A DNA stretch of 64,000 nucleotides. Origin: Chrysochromulina tobinii. Taxonomy: Eukaryota. The position numbers were made by a program, and so were the translations under genes. The stretch lies in assembly GCA_001275005.1 (NCBI GenBank), contig JWZX01003001.1, forward strand, positions 1 through 64,000. Direction: 5' to 3'. Shown here piece after piece: positions 31,280 to 42,979 of this stretch; the first letter of the stretch is position 1; each line of letters begins with the position of its first letter. A model generated the notes under the pieces. The model did not search any database. It was not told the DNA's origin and saw only the letters and a program-made list of their open reading frames with translations.

Positions 31280-34200
31280 ATGCCCGGGTCTTCTGCTAAG
31301 ATTCTTCCGAGTCCCAAACCCAAACTGCCGAGTGCTCCAACGCGGCAACAATCTGGCAAGCCGCAAGCAACATCGTCGTCATTCAAGAAAGAAGCAGGGG
31401 GTAAGCTCGAGGTCGACCTCAGCGCTGTTTCTGCGCAGCGGGCCCTCCTTGACATGCAGAAAAAAGTAGCCTTAGCATTTGTGGAGGCAGACGCGGACGG
31501 TGACAAGAAGGTGAGCTCTGTCTCACGTCATGCCTGCTGCCGCTGCTGCCACTGCTGGCACTGCTGCCGTTGCTGCAATTGCTGCTGTTGCTCCTGCTGG
31601 CACTGCTGGCGCTGCTGCCACTGCTAGTGCTGCCACTGCTAGCGCCGCCACTGCTAGTGCTGCCACTGCTGCTCGCCGCGATCGTCGAGCTCACCTCATA
31701 TCCGTTCGTCTCATCATGCTCGCAGCTCACTTTCTCAGAGTTCTTGGACTTACTTCCCGAGACGATTCGGCAGAGCGTTCCTCAGTCAGAGCTACGTCAG
31801 ACTTTTGACGACGTCGATGTCAACAAATCTGGTGACATAACCATGGATGAGTACTTCCTCTGGACGCTCAGCACCTCCACGGGCGACGACACGTCCGCGC
31901 TCGAACAGATCTTCAAGAAGTACGATAAAAGCGGCGAGGGCACGTTGGATGCGGCAGAGTTCGCTCGCGTTGTGGAAGATATGGGCTTCGGGTCAATAGG
32001 ACACGACATCTTTCTCGAGCTCGATGCGGATGAGGGCGGCTCGATATCCTATCATGAGATCATCAAGATGATCAAGGACCGCAGTGTCGGGGTCGGCCGC
32101 GAGTGCAAGCGCCTCCTCACAGCTATAGCCTTCGATGGCTCAGCAGGCACTGGGGTGCACCTCGACACGACTGAGTGGGTCCTGGACGCCAAATCCTCCG
32201 AACAGCTGCGCAGCCAGCTCCAGGCTTATCTGCTGGATCAGTCCGCGAAGGTCTCGGACCTGTACGATCTCATGACCGACCACGAAGCCAGGACACTTAC
32301 TCGTCCAACCTTCCTGATGGCCTTATATGAGATGGGCTTCGAGGGCGACCCAAATATGGTCAAGGACGTCTTTGAGCAGTTTGACCTCGACAACAGTGGC
32401 ACATTGGGCCTGGATGAGCTGTACTCGTGGATGAACGGCAAGCAGCAACGCGTCCTGTTGGCAAAGCAACTGAACTTCAGCATGCGACGATCCGATGCCA
32501 GGCCTCTGAACGAAATCCCGTGGAAAACGGAAGGGATCCGGCTTGAGCTCCAGCGCTTGCTCATTCATCACAACTTGTGCCCACTCGACCTGCTGCGAGC
32601 GTGGGCTGAAAAGGACTTCTCGCTCCGGAAAACAGAGGTGCGCGCCGACGTTGCCTCAGCTTCGTACGAGCCCTCGCTAACTGGTGTGTGCGTTTGGTCG
32701 TTGGCAGTTCCTCAGAATGATGAAGACGATCGTCAACGACGAGTCCGTGTGGGAGAAGGAGCTAGGCAAGATCGCAAAAGAGACCTACCACAGCGTCGCC
32801 GGCCTTGATGCTGACCTTGACTGCGTAGAGTTCGAACGCTGGCTGAATAAAGGTTGGCTCCAAGAGAAAGCATCCTACTTATCCAAGTCTGATCAGAGTA
32901 AGGCTACCGCACCTGTTACTCACAAAGCCGCAGTGTCTGTCGCCGCCACCATGTCTACATTTTTGGTGGTCGAGCCACCGTTGACAGGTAAGCCGTCCAA
33001 CATGCGTGAACTCGCCCTCGAGAAGGCGCGGCGACGCACAAGTGGTGTAACAGGCAAGGTATCGATCGAGGAGGAACAGTATGCAGCCGCGTGCGCTCTG
33101 CAGCGCAGAGCGCGATCGCACCTCTTTCGAAAGCATGCAGCACGTACTTTGTCGCAAGATATGACGGAGGGGAAAGCGGCCATCATGATCCAGAGCTCAT
33201 TTCGGTCTAGGAAGGCCAGGCAGCTCGTTCAGCAGCGCAGACAGAGGGTTGTCGAGCACAAGGCGGCTGTCAAAGTGCAGACTGGCTGGCGGGTGAAGAT
33301 GGCCAGAAGAGAGAAGCAGCGCCGAGTGCAAGCCAAACGGCGAAAGCAAAAAAAGGATAAGGAGAAAGCAGCCAAGACAGAGATGCTATTGGAGAAGATC
33401 GCCCGGGACTCGCCCGGACGGGACTCGCCCGGACAGGACTCACCCCATCCTGCTGCATCTGCATCAGAGCCTGACGGCTCCTCAGCTTCTCAGCCCGATT
33501 TACGAGAGGGCCGCTTCCAGAGAAGACCTTCAGAAAAGGACGCCGTCGGGTCCTTTGCCCTCGTGGAGGATCAGCTCATCGTCCATCTGGCGGAAGATGC
33601 TGCCACGGAGCTGGCCACAGTGGTCCTCACGACCGTGCTCGATGACGAGATCGTGGCTGTGGTGCCGACGTCGGGGGAGTACATGTATTTTCCGATGCGC
33701 TTCGATCGTTTGTGCCACAGAAGTTTGCCGCTCAAGCTTGGGCAGGATCCAATGACCTTTCTGGGTCCCCTCCTCGAATCTGTGCGACGGGGCGTGGAGA
33801 TACTGGAGCGGCTCGAGGAGCTGCACGACGAGATTCGCCTGAAGAGCAAGTTGGTAGTACAGGAGTCTGCATCTGTGCTCGTGCTTTCGCCTAATGTCTC
33901 GGCGAGGAGCAGTCGCAGCCCACCGCTTGGTTCGTCTCACCTGACCAGAAACAGTGACAGCCCAGTACCGATGAGCAGCAGCCCACCCTTGCAACATCGC
34001 ATATCGGACAACTACTCAGTGCCAAGGGTACTGCGCGCTCAGGCAAAATCTCGGCGTTCAGTCAAGGAAAAGAAACCTAGGATAGGCCCGATGACTGAAT
34101 ATCAGGCGGCGACCTATATCCAGAGGCTCTATCGAGGTCGACAGGCCCGCAGGCTTTTGGTACAGCAGCGAAACGCAGTAACTATGCTGCAGGCTCGGAT

Positions 34201-37200
34201 CCGGAGCCGCGCTGCGCGGAGGCAAATGCTATCAAAGGCAGGGATGGTTGCGCAGCGACTCCGGGAACTGAATGAGGAGCTCAGTGCTCGCTTCCTCAGC
34301 GAGCTTCGCGAAGGTCTCACCTGCACCTTTGCAGAGAAGCTTCTGCAGACGCTGATCGAGAAGCTTCAAACGCACCTACATGACCAGTCCACGAAGCACT
34401 CGTACCTCGAAGCGCTCAGAATGCGTCTTACGCAGGATTGGGAAAGTTGTGGCAAGGAGTGTATGCAGATTGAGCAGTTCGCTGTGGAGCGCCAGGAGGC
34501 CCTTTCGAAAGAAGAGGAGAGCCTCGCCACCATGGAGAAGGCTCATCAAGCAGCGGCCACGAGCACAAAGCGCGAGCTGGCGAGATGCGACGTAGCCGTT
34601 CACGATGCGCGTAAGCTGGTGGAGGAGCTCGAGAGTGCCCTGGCCAAGCTTGACGGCAAGGTGGACCTCAGTAATGAGCTGGATGCTCAGCGCGCGGAGC
34701 TCCGAGTGCAGTTGGGTACGGCAAAAGCGCATGAGCAGGAGACGGATGTGAAGATGATGACGACACGCAAGCACTTGGTTGACATCCCACTCAAGAATCT
34801 CGATGAGCAGCAGAAGCGGGTCCAGCAGATGAGCACCGATGCGCAGCGCAAGAAGCAAATAGGCGACAGGCGCAAGAAGGCGCTCAGGGAGAAGCAAATC
34901 GCGTACGCTTCACAACGTCGCAACATAGAGTCGAAGCGCTATCGCATAGAAACAGAGGCTTCCCAGGCCATAATAGATGCCATCCAGATCAATCGTGTCG
35001 CAGAGGAGCGCTTTATGGAGCGTACGCTGCTCGAACAACTGCGCGGCTCCGGCTTGCACGGGCTGCGAAGATATTCAGCAGGCCAACATGTCGCTCTATT
35101 CGACCGCTCCTCTGGTCTGTGGCAAGACGCTTCCGTGAAGGCATACGCCTCCGGAAGGCACATGTGCGTTCTGGATGAGGACGGCTCAGAGCAGCACCTT
35201 GTGTTACATCCATTCAATCACGCTCCATGCCTACTCTCCGGCGTTGATTGCAAGCGCGTCGCCGAAAACTACCACGTGCAAGTCCGGGAAAAACATGCAA
35301 CCATTCCGGACTTGGTTCAAGCAGGGCAATATCGAGAGCCCTTCTGCGTGCACATTGACGTGGTGCAATGGGGCGCATGGCCTGCGACGGAGAAGAAGAC
35401 GACAATACCTGCTTCAGAGAGCCCACCAAAAGTCCCCCCACGTCCAGAGAGCCCACCCAAAATGAGCACGCCCAAACCAAAGAAGATCGCGTTCTCGACC
35501 CCTCGCATCCGGCCATGGTCAGCGCCACCGAAGAAGGCGCCCCTTGAGCACGGCTCGGCCGTGCCGATCAGCCCCAAAACTTTCGATCGCTTCGGCAATC
35601 CGTGCAATGTCACCTGGGACGGAAAGCCTCAAGCTACGGGGACGATCTCGACCCAGGCTGTGGACGTGCCGAGCTTCACGGTTAAGGATCTCAGTGAGGT
35701 TCTGCATCAGAGCTATCAAACGCGCCGCGATGGCGAGGGCTTGCTCGAGGAACCTCTCATTGCGCTAATCTGCGCACCTCCGTCGGCTGGAAAGAGCACT
35801 CTGATGAGTCAGCTTGCAACACTTGCCGCGGTGCGGCAGCACATGGTGCCGATCTACGTACATGGACCGTTATTGCATGCGCGGCTCACGAATCCAGACC
35901 GGAAGCATATCTTTGCAACCTCCTGGAATTGGATCGATGCATACCTTCGTATAGAACTCGGACAGCGGTCCGAGACATATGCCATGTTGCGACAGGCGAT
36001 GATGGCACGACGAGGCCTGCTGCTAATTGATGGCATTGACGAGGGAGGCCACGACTCTGCTCGGATTCGAAGGCATCTCATCGACGTCGTCGCACCACAG
36101 GGTCACTTGGTTGTCGTGACCTCACGGCCACCGAAGCTCGAAACCTTGTGGCCTAAGTCCTGTCTACGAGCCACTGTCACCTCGCTCAGCGATGAGCAGC
36201 AACGCGAGATCATCAAATCACGATTCGCTCCGGGAAGTGCGCGGGATGCCCTACTGCAGTGGCGCGACTCGACGGGAGCTTTCATCCAAGACAACTCTCA
36301 GGGTGGGCTGCCTATTACGGCCAACCCTCTCGGGCTCTCTCTCTTCATGAATTTGATGGAGCAGCGCCAAGAACATTCCAAGTGCTCGTTGTCGCCTCAA
36401 CGAGCAGAAGCTTGCTCAATGCCGTCCACGCTCACAGATCTGTACGAAGTCGTCGTGGACTGTGCCATGACCGCATGCACACAAAAGGCCAACATAGCGC
36501 CAGCCGTGGTCGATCAGATTCAGCTCATCCTCCAGGCGGCGGCATTTGAAGCGCATGCGGCAAACAAGCGAGAGTTGGACGAGGGTTCCTTCATGCATGC
36601 GTCCAAACTGGTGGTGGCGCATGCACCTCTGCAAAGAGCCGCGAGGCTGAAGCGCAAAGCGGGTCTCCCCTTGGAGGTGGAAGAAGCCTTGGGCCATATC
36701 AAGGATCTGGTGATCCGAGGCCAGCTGCCTCTGCTCACGCTCTTGCGGTCTGAGCCGTTTGAGTGCCTGTTCTCACACGTTACCTTTCAAGAATATCTCT
36801 TCGTGCGAGGTGCCCTCTGGGGATTCACCTTCCCTGCGCGCATGGAGAAGCCTTGGACCTGGGGTATTCGATGGGCCAATGTGCTTGAATTCGGACGCGA
36901 ACTCTTCGCAGACAACGGCGACGACTCTTTCTCGAGGAGAATTTACCAGAGTTGCGCTGAAGAGCCCCAATCTCGAGCTCTCAATCTCGAGACTCGCCTC
37001 TTGAGTCGAGCAGAGCGACAGATGTTGGGCGCCTCGCGTGCGGGTCCAGGTGCTACACGCGATCTCCATGCGGCGCTTGACAGCTACCATCAGTCGGCCA
37101 AGCCGGATGCGGATCGCTCGGTGCTGCTCCATGCGACCGTGATGATGGCCCGCGAGAGTGTCGACATCAATTTTCGGTGCAACCGACTGAGTCTTGAGGA

Positions 37201-39055
37201 CTTGTCAATCTTGTGTAAGGGCTTCCTGCCTGGCACCCTTTTTACGCTCAATCTGAGCGAGAACGACATCGGAGACCTCGGAGTGCAGGTTGTTGTGAAC
37301 GCACTGCTCGCAGAAGGGGCGAACGCATGCGTGCTTCGGTCGCTGATGCTGCGCAGCTGCGGCATGAATAACGGCGAGGGAATGAAGTCCATGGCCTTAT
37401 TTGTTGGCCAGGTGTCGAGGCTCACTTTGCTCGACATTCGCACGAACAAGCTTACGGACGAGGGGATGCTTGAGATTGGAAATGCACTCCTAAGGAATCA
37501 AACGAGCGTGCTCGCCGACCTTCGGTGTGAGGCATTCGATCTCCACGACGTCAAAACACTAAGCCTTAGCCCTGCTGCTCTGTCGAATGCGGTCCTGGTA
37601 ATTTTCTCGGGTGTGCTCAAATGCAATAGCGCACTGCGGTCCGTGTCGATCGTCGACTGCAAGTGCAACATAAGCACGGCCCGAGCCTTAGCTCAATCAT
37701 TACAGTACTCGTGCAACAAGACGCTGGAGGTGCTGGATCTCACAAACGTGAACCTCGATGATAATGGCGTCAGCATCATTTCGAGTGCGTTGACGACACA
37801 TCCGACAATCAAGGTACTACGCCTTGACAATTGCAACTTTGGTGAAGGAGGCGCCGGATCGCTGGCGGAAAACATCAGAGGTAAATCGAGCCTCGTCGAG
37901 CTTAGCGTCGCCAACAATCACATTCACGAGGTCGGCGTCAAGCACATTGTACTGGCGGCTATTAGCTTGACGAGTCTGCAGGTGCTGAGAGTCGATGGCA
38001 ACGGCCCTGGTACCATCGGAGCGGGTCGCATCGTAGGATTCTCGAGGCGCAAGGGCGTCATTCCGGCGTCCAGTCATGCTACGGCGCTCGCGCACCTTAT
38101 CGGAGGCAGCTTGTCTTTGACGAAGCTTGATATTCGCCAGGTTGGGCTTAGGGACGAGGACATCCAAATGCTGGGCGAAACACTTGTCAGGACGAAGAGA
38201 AGCATGCTCGGTCTGCTTCGGTGCGATGCCTTTGACTTGGGCGAAGTGTCGATCAAGGAGCTGCACCTTCGCGGAAAGGCCATAGGCTCCCGCATTGCTC
38301 CTTTGATCGGCGGCGTAGCGAGGATCAACTTGAATTTAATCCACATCGACCTTCAGTCGAATCAACTCGGCGATAACGGCGCGGCATGGTTAGCGCATGG
38401 TCTAGTGGGCTCTGCAGTTGAGCGGCTCAACATGTCGCACAACTTCATCAGGGTGGAAGGCATGTCAGCTGTCGCCAGCGCCCTCAAGGGCAATGTCTCC
38501 CTCACCTACCTTGACCTCTCGAGCAATGAAATCTGTGGCATCGCCCCCGACGGCTCCGGGAAGCATTCATGCGCTGGGCTCAAGGCGCTGTCAGATAACA
38601 TTGAGCACACGGCGCTGAGGACTTTGAATCTGTCTTCGAATGCCCTTTCATCTGCCGGCGCAAAGGCCCTGGTCCCCGTGGTGCGCAACGGCAAGGCGCT
38701 ACGTGACCTCATGTTGGTGGACAACAATCTGACCTTCTTTGGCCTCGAGCCCCTGAGCCTTCTGGAACTTGTTTCTCAAGCCAGGCACTCCGACAGTTTG
38801 AAAATGCTGGAGCTGGGCAGCAACCACATTAGCGGGGTGACGTTTCGGAAGATCAATCCGAGGATGGTGACGTCGCCCTTTGATCACAACCTGCTGGAAG
38901 TCTCCGCAGATCGCTGCCGCTGCCACCACTGTATGAGCATTGATGCCGCGGCGAAAGCAAAGGGCATTGCGACTGAGCCTGCAAGCGGGCCCGTGGGATC
39001 GCTGCTCGATCGCTGCGTCTGGAAGCCAAGTGGGTGGCACCCACGCAACGCGTAG
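31280..39055 (+). CDS. NLR-like protein: EF-hands, IQ motifs, coiled coil, NACHT NTPase, RI-like LRRs (~2496 aa)
   Basis: Exons 31280-31510, 31726-32637, 32708-39055. EF loops DADGDKK, DVNKSGDI, DKSGEGTL, DADEGGSI, DLDNSGTL. IQ motifs IQSSFR and IQRLYRG. NACHT motifs APPSAGKST, LLIDGIDE, VVTSRP, FSHVTFQEYL. Many LxLxxNxI LRRs. Confidence 0.88.
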
Positions 39056-39240
39056 CGCAGAAGCGCTGTCGAGTATTGTACTCGTAGTCTCGAAAAATGC
39101 CGTGTGCCTATGAGGCCGGACGAGGGTTACACAAGTTAGGAAAGTAGCTCCCGACAGAAGGATAGTAATTGAACGTATCCCTCACCTTGGAAGTTTGCTC
39201 GACGTTCACAGCATGGTTCACAGGGCGTTCGGCCGCGGGG

Positions 39241-41672
39241 ATGTCCGCAGCGAACACGAGGGCCTTCAGGGAACTGGCAACGTCCATCCTTCACGAGGTA
39301 TCCTCGACGACAGCGTCATTGACGCGTGCTCATCATGAGATTGACGAAGACTTGCTCCTATCGAACTCTGAGGCACGCTCGGGCTCGCTGAGGCGGCTGC
39401 GCAGAGGAGCCCAGAGTCGTTTTGAGATGAGTCCTGAGCCGTCTGCGAGCAAGGCCTTGGGCGCATCGGCAAGCACGACCATGTCGGGCACGTGCGCCAT
39501 CTGCCTGGCCGTGCCGTATCGCCCAGCTCGTCTCGACGCATGTACGCATCAGTTCTGTCTCGCCTGTGTCTACAAGTGGTCGCAGGCAAGCAACGCATGC
39601 CCTTGCTGCCGCGCAAAGTTCCATACGATCGTGGACGAGAGCGACCCCGATTGCGCGATCGCCGTGGAGGATCTCGAGCTTCGCGCCGAGCCTACGGCGG
39701 ACGCGTTCGACCTGACCGAGCTGCAGCAGGGCGGATGCGTCGGCTGCGGCTCCGGCGAGGCGGAGGATGCGCTCCTGATCTGCGACAGCTGCGACGCGAT
39801 GTGGCATATCTTCTGCCTGGAGCCGCCGCTCAGGGCCGTGCCAGAGGGCGACTGGTACTGCCCGAGTTGCACTCGAACGCGCGAACGGGTGGCCCGCCGC
39901 CGAGCGCTTGCAATCTTGTACAGCGAGGTTCCAAAGGAGGAGTCTCGTCAGTCTCGTCAACCTCATCAGGGGACATTCCCGCCCTCCTTTGAAGCGCGTG
40001 AGGAGTCTCGTCAGTCTCGTCAACCTCATCAGGGGACACTTCCGCCCTCCTTTGAAGCGCGTGAGGAGTCTCGTCAGTCTCGTCAACCTCATCAGGGGAC
40101 ACTTCCGCCCTCATTTGAAGCGCGTGAGGGCGCCCACCGCCAGGCAGCCACACGTTTGTACAGCGAGGACGGCACCGGCCCTGTGAGCCATGCAAGCGGC
40201 GCGGGAGGACAAGTTGCATGCGGGCCGGGCGGTGCTTCCTCGAGAGCCCTACCGACCTCGGGCCCAAGTGGTGGCCACGACGAGGGCGCTGTGGTGGGCG
40301 TCCAGGGAGAGGGCGCGCGCTATCGCATTCGGCGACGGGAGCGTGAGGTGATCTCGGAGCCATCTCGGCTGCTGCCCGACCGACCGACGCCCGTGGCGCC
40401 GTCGTTGGCGCCATCGACACGCGCGCGTTCGCCCTCCTCGGACAACGATGCCGGTATAGACGAGGAACCACCGCCGCCGCCGCAACGCGGAGCTTCCGAG
40501 ATGGCTTCCGAGATGGTTCCGAGATGGCTCCGAGATGGCTCCGAGATAGCTTCCGAGATGGCTGAGATGGCTTCCGCTGTGCGGTCGCAGTGCAGAGGGC
40601 TACAGGCTGCAGAGCGCTTCGCCTCTCTCCTTGCGAAGCCGAACCACGTGGCGAGGAGCGAGGACACATTTCCCCACAGCGAGGACACATTTCCCCACAG
40701 CGAGGACACATGGCGCATGGAGGCCGATCTGCGTCGGGAGATCGCGAGGAGGTCGCATGGAGGTCTGCGGACCTGGAGGTCTGCGCGCGCCCTCGAGGAC
40801 GAGCTTGTCGCTCAGTGGCAGCGCCAGCCGCTGACCACACGCGATGGTCGCGCTGTGGAAGGGCGCTGTGGTGGGCGTCCAGGGCGCTGTGATGGGCGCC
40901 CATGGCGCTGTGATGGTCGCGCTGTGGAAGGCCGACCACCATCCCGACATGATGGCCACGCTGAGCGGGCTTCAGCAGCGCGAGCCGGCGCGGGGGACGC
41001 TTTTACAGCGCGCCCACCACAGCGCCCTGGGGCGCCCACCACAGCGCGGGGGACGCTTTTCAGCGGCCGCCACCGCCACCACCTCCGCCACCACCGCCGC
41101 CGCTCCCACCTCCATCGGCGCCGCCGACGATACCAGCGGTGTTCGTGACGGCATCGGCCCTGCCCGCCGCGCCACCCGCCGCGCCGCCCGCCGCTATGTC
41201 CGCCGCAACCGGCGCGCCGCCCGGGACGACGCCCGCTTGTCCATCGAAGCCCTCGCTGCACGCCTACCTGCACAGAGAGCTGCGTACTCTCCAGGGCGCT
41301 GTGATGGGCGCCCAGATCGCTGTGGTGGGCGTCCAAGGCGCTGTGATGGGCGTCACGTCGGACGGGGCGCTATGCACGGCGCTCAGCGAGGCCGAGTGCG
41401 AGCGTGTGGTGAGCTCTGCCGCCGCCAAATTGCTGGCTCATTATGGAGATGAAACGAGCTTCTTTCAACTGGATGTGGTCCCGTGCGCTGCCTTTTTAGG
41501 CAACTCAGATCCCACGCCCGAGATTCAAGCCGAGATTGCATTCTCGAGGCGGAGGACGCGGGCAGCACTTGAAGAGGGTGGCGTGGCTGCGGAGCCACCC
41601 CGCTCGCGACGGCAGCGCGTGCAGAAGCTCCTGCGCAAATACATTGACTCATTGCCGCCACGGCACGAATAG
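39241..41672 (+). CDS. RING-PHD finger protein, PHRF1/SCAF11-like; needs a 56-nt excision or is frameshifted near 41008-41063
   Basis: C3HC4 RING (CAIC...CTHQFCLAC...CPCC) and PHD (CVGC...CDSC...HIFC...WYCPSC). After a frame change: polyproline and C-terminal RVQKLLRKYIDSL. Exonic 63-nt x3 repeat at ~39937-40127. Confidence 0.75.
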
Positions 41673-41813
41673 TCAATAGAAGGAACAACTCTCAACTGGC
41701 AAAGCTTTGGGAAAGGCTTTGCGTCCAGCTTGCAACTCTCAAACTCTCGTGCTGGCTCGAGCCTAGCTCGAGCCGCTTCAGAAAAATTAGTTCGTCCGTT
41801 CCGTACTGAGTGG

Positions 41814-41997
41814 TGTGAACGTACCCCCCTGGGCTGTCTTGGATCTCGGTTCCGCCAGGCGGTCGGAGTATTAACAGCGAAACAGCCAATTCACAGCCAA
41901 TGTTTAGAATTCGACACCCAAGACACCGGACCGGCGTACATACGGATGCGGTTAACACTACTGTAGCTCGGGGACCCCTGGACCCCCTATTATCACA
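41814..41997. mobile_element. Solo-LTR-like 184-nt element with TGTGA...TCACA termini
   Basis: Short terminal inverted repeats, and about 105 nt shared with 30876-30978. No matching TSD found. Confidence 0.5.
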
Positions 41998-42107
41998 CAC
42001 AGGACCGGACGTGCCGCAGCGACCGCAGGCTGACTGGCAGCAGCTTGCTCGCGTATAAGGCCCCCAGCTCCTGTGGCGAACACGAAAGGTCCGCAATCCC
42101 AACATCG

Positions 42108-42833
42108 ATGTCGACAACCTTGCCGCCGATGACTGGCACCGGCGTCTTGCTTCGCTTCGTCTTCCCTTTCGATCAGTCGCTGGCACGGACTGCGACAGTA
42201 GTCTGGCGCCGTCACATTGGCGGTAGGGACGTCGACACGCATTATGCAGATATCGCGCAGAGCGGAGACTCCCAAGTGGTTTATGAGCAGATCACCTTTC
42301 CAGGCGACTGCTGGGCTGTTATTGGTGCTGATGGAACTCTTTGCGCGCTACACGTGGCAACTGGCGAGCGTGAGCAGCGCGTGCTCATTACAACGGCATC
42401 ACAGCAGGCTGCGGCTGCTGGACTTGCCCAGCCTGCTCCTCCCGAGCACCTGGAGGCCGCCGCTGCCGACAACGAAGCAGGCAACGACCCGGAGCTCGAG
42501 GCCGCGATCCAGGAGAGCCTTCGCACGGCAGCACGTGAATCATCGGGTGCAGCCGCAGCGGTCTATAGCGGCGAACTCATGCGGCGCGAAATCTTGAGCA
42601 GTGGAGATCCTGAAGCGACTGCTAGGCAAGTGGTTGAGCGGGAGCGCGAGGCGAAGGCGCTGCGTGATGCTCTCGCGCTGAGCAAGAGGCTGGCAAATGA
42701 GTTCCGCGCGCGCGATGCAGGAGGGAGTGCGAAGGCCACAACAGCTGACGTGGCCGCGGAGCCGCCGACACCTGTGGATGTGGATTCGGTGCGGGCAGCG
42801 CGACTTCGGCGCTTCGAGCTTCCAGCTGCATAA
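42108..42833 (+). CDS. Small protein with VHL-beta-like N-terminal domain and two UIM-like motifs
   Basis: 241-aa ORF. VVW...HYADI...QITFPGDCWAV resembles the VHL beta domain. DPELEAAIQESL and ALRDALALSK resemble UIMs. Ends VRAARLRRF. Confidence 0.6.
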   Translation: MSTTLPPMTGTGVLLRFVFPFDQSLARTATVVWRRHIGGRDVDTHYADIAQSGDSQVVYEQITFPGDCWAVIGADGTLCALHVATGEREQRVLITTASQQAAAAGLAQPAPPEHLEAAAADNEAGNDPELEAAIQESLRTAARESSGAAAAVYSGELMRREILSSGDPEATARQVVEREREAKALRDALALSKRLANEFRARDAGGSAKATTADVAAEPPTPVDVDSVRAARLRRFELPAA

Positions 42834-42979
42834 ATATTGTAACTTCAATTTTTATTACCACCGACCGATCGTCAATCCCCTAACAAGCTACACCCGATGG
42901 CGATTGCCGGAAAATCTAGTGTAATTAATCAGCAAGACGACGATCCGATGATGAGGCTCCATCTTGAATGCTCTAAGCT

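Noticed and set aside
31511..31725. Poly-Leu, poly-Cys and poly-Ala ORFs
   Set aside because: CTG-type microsatellite inside a GT-AG intron whose removal restores an EF-hand.
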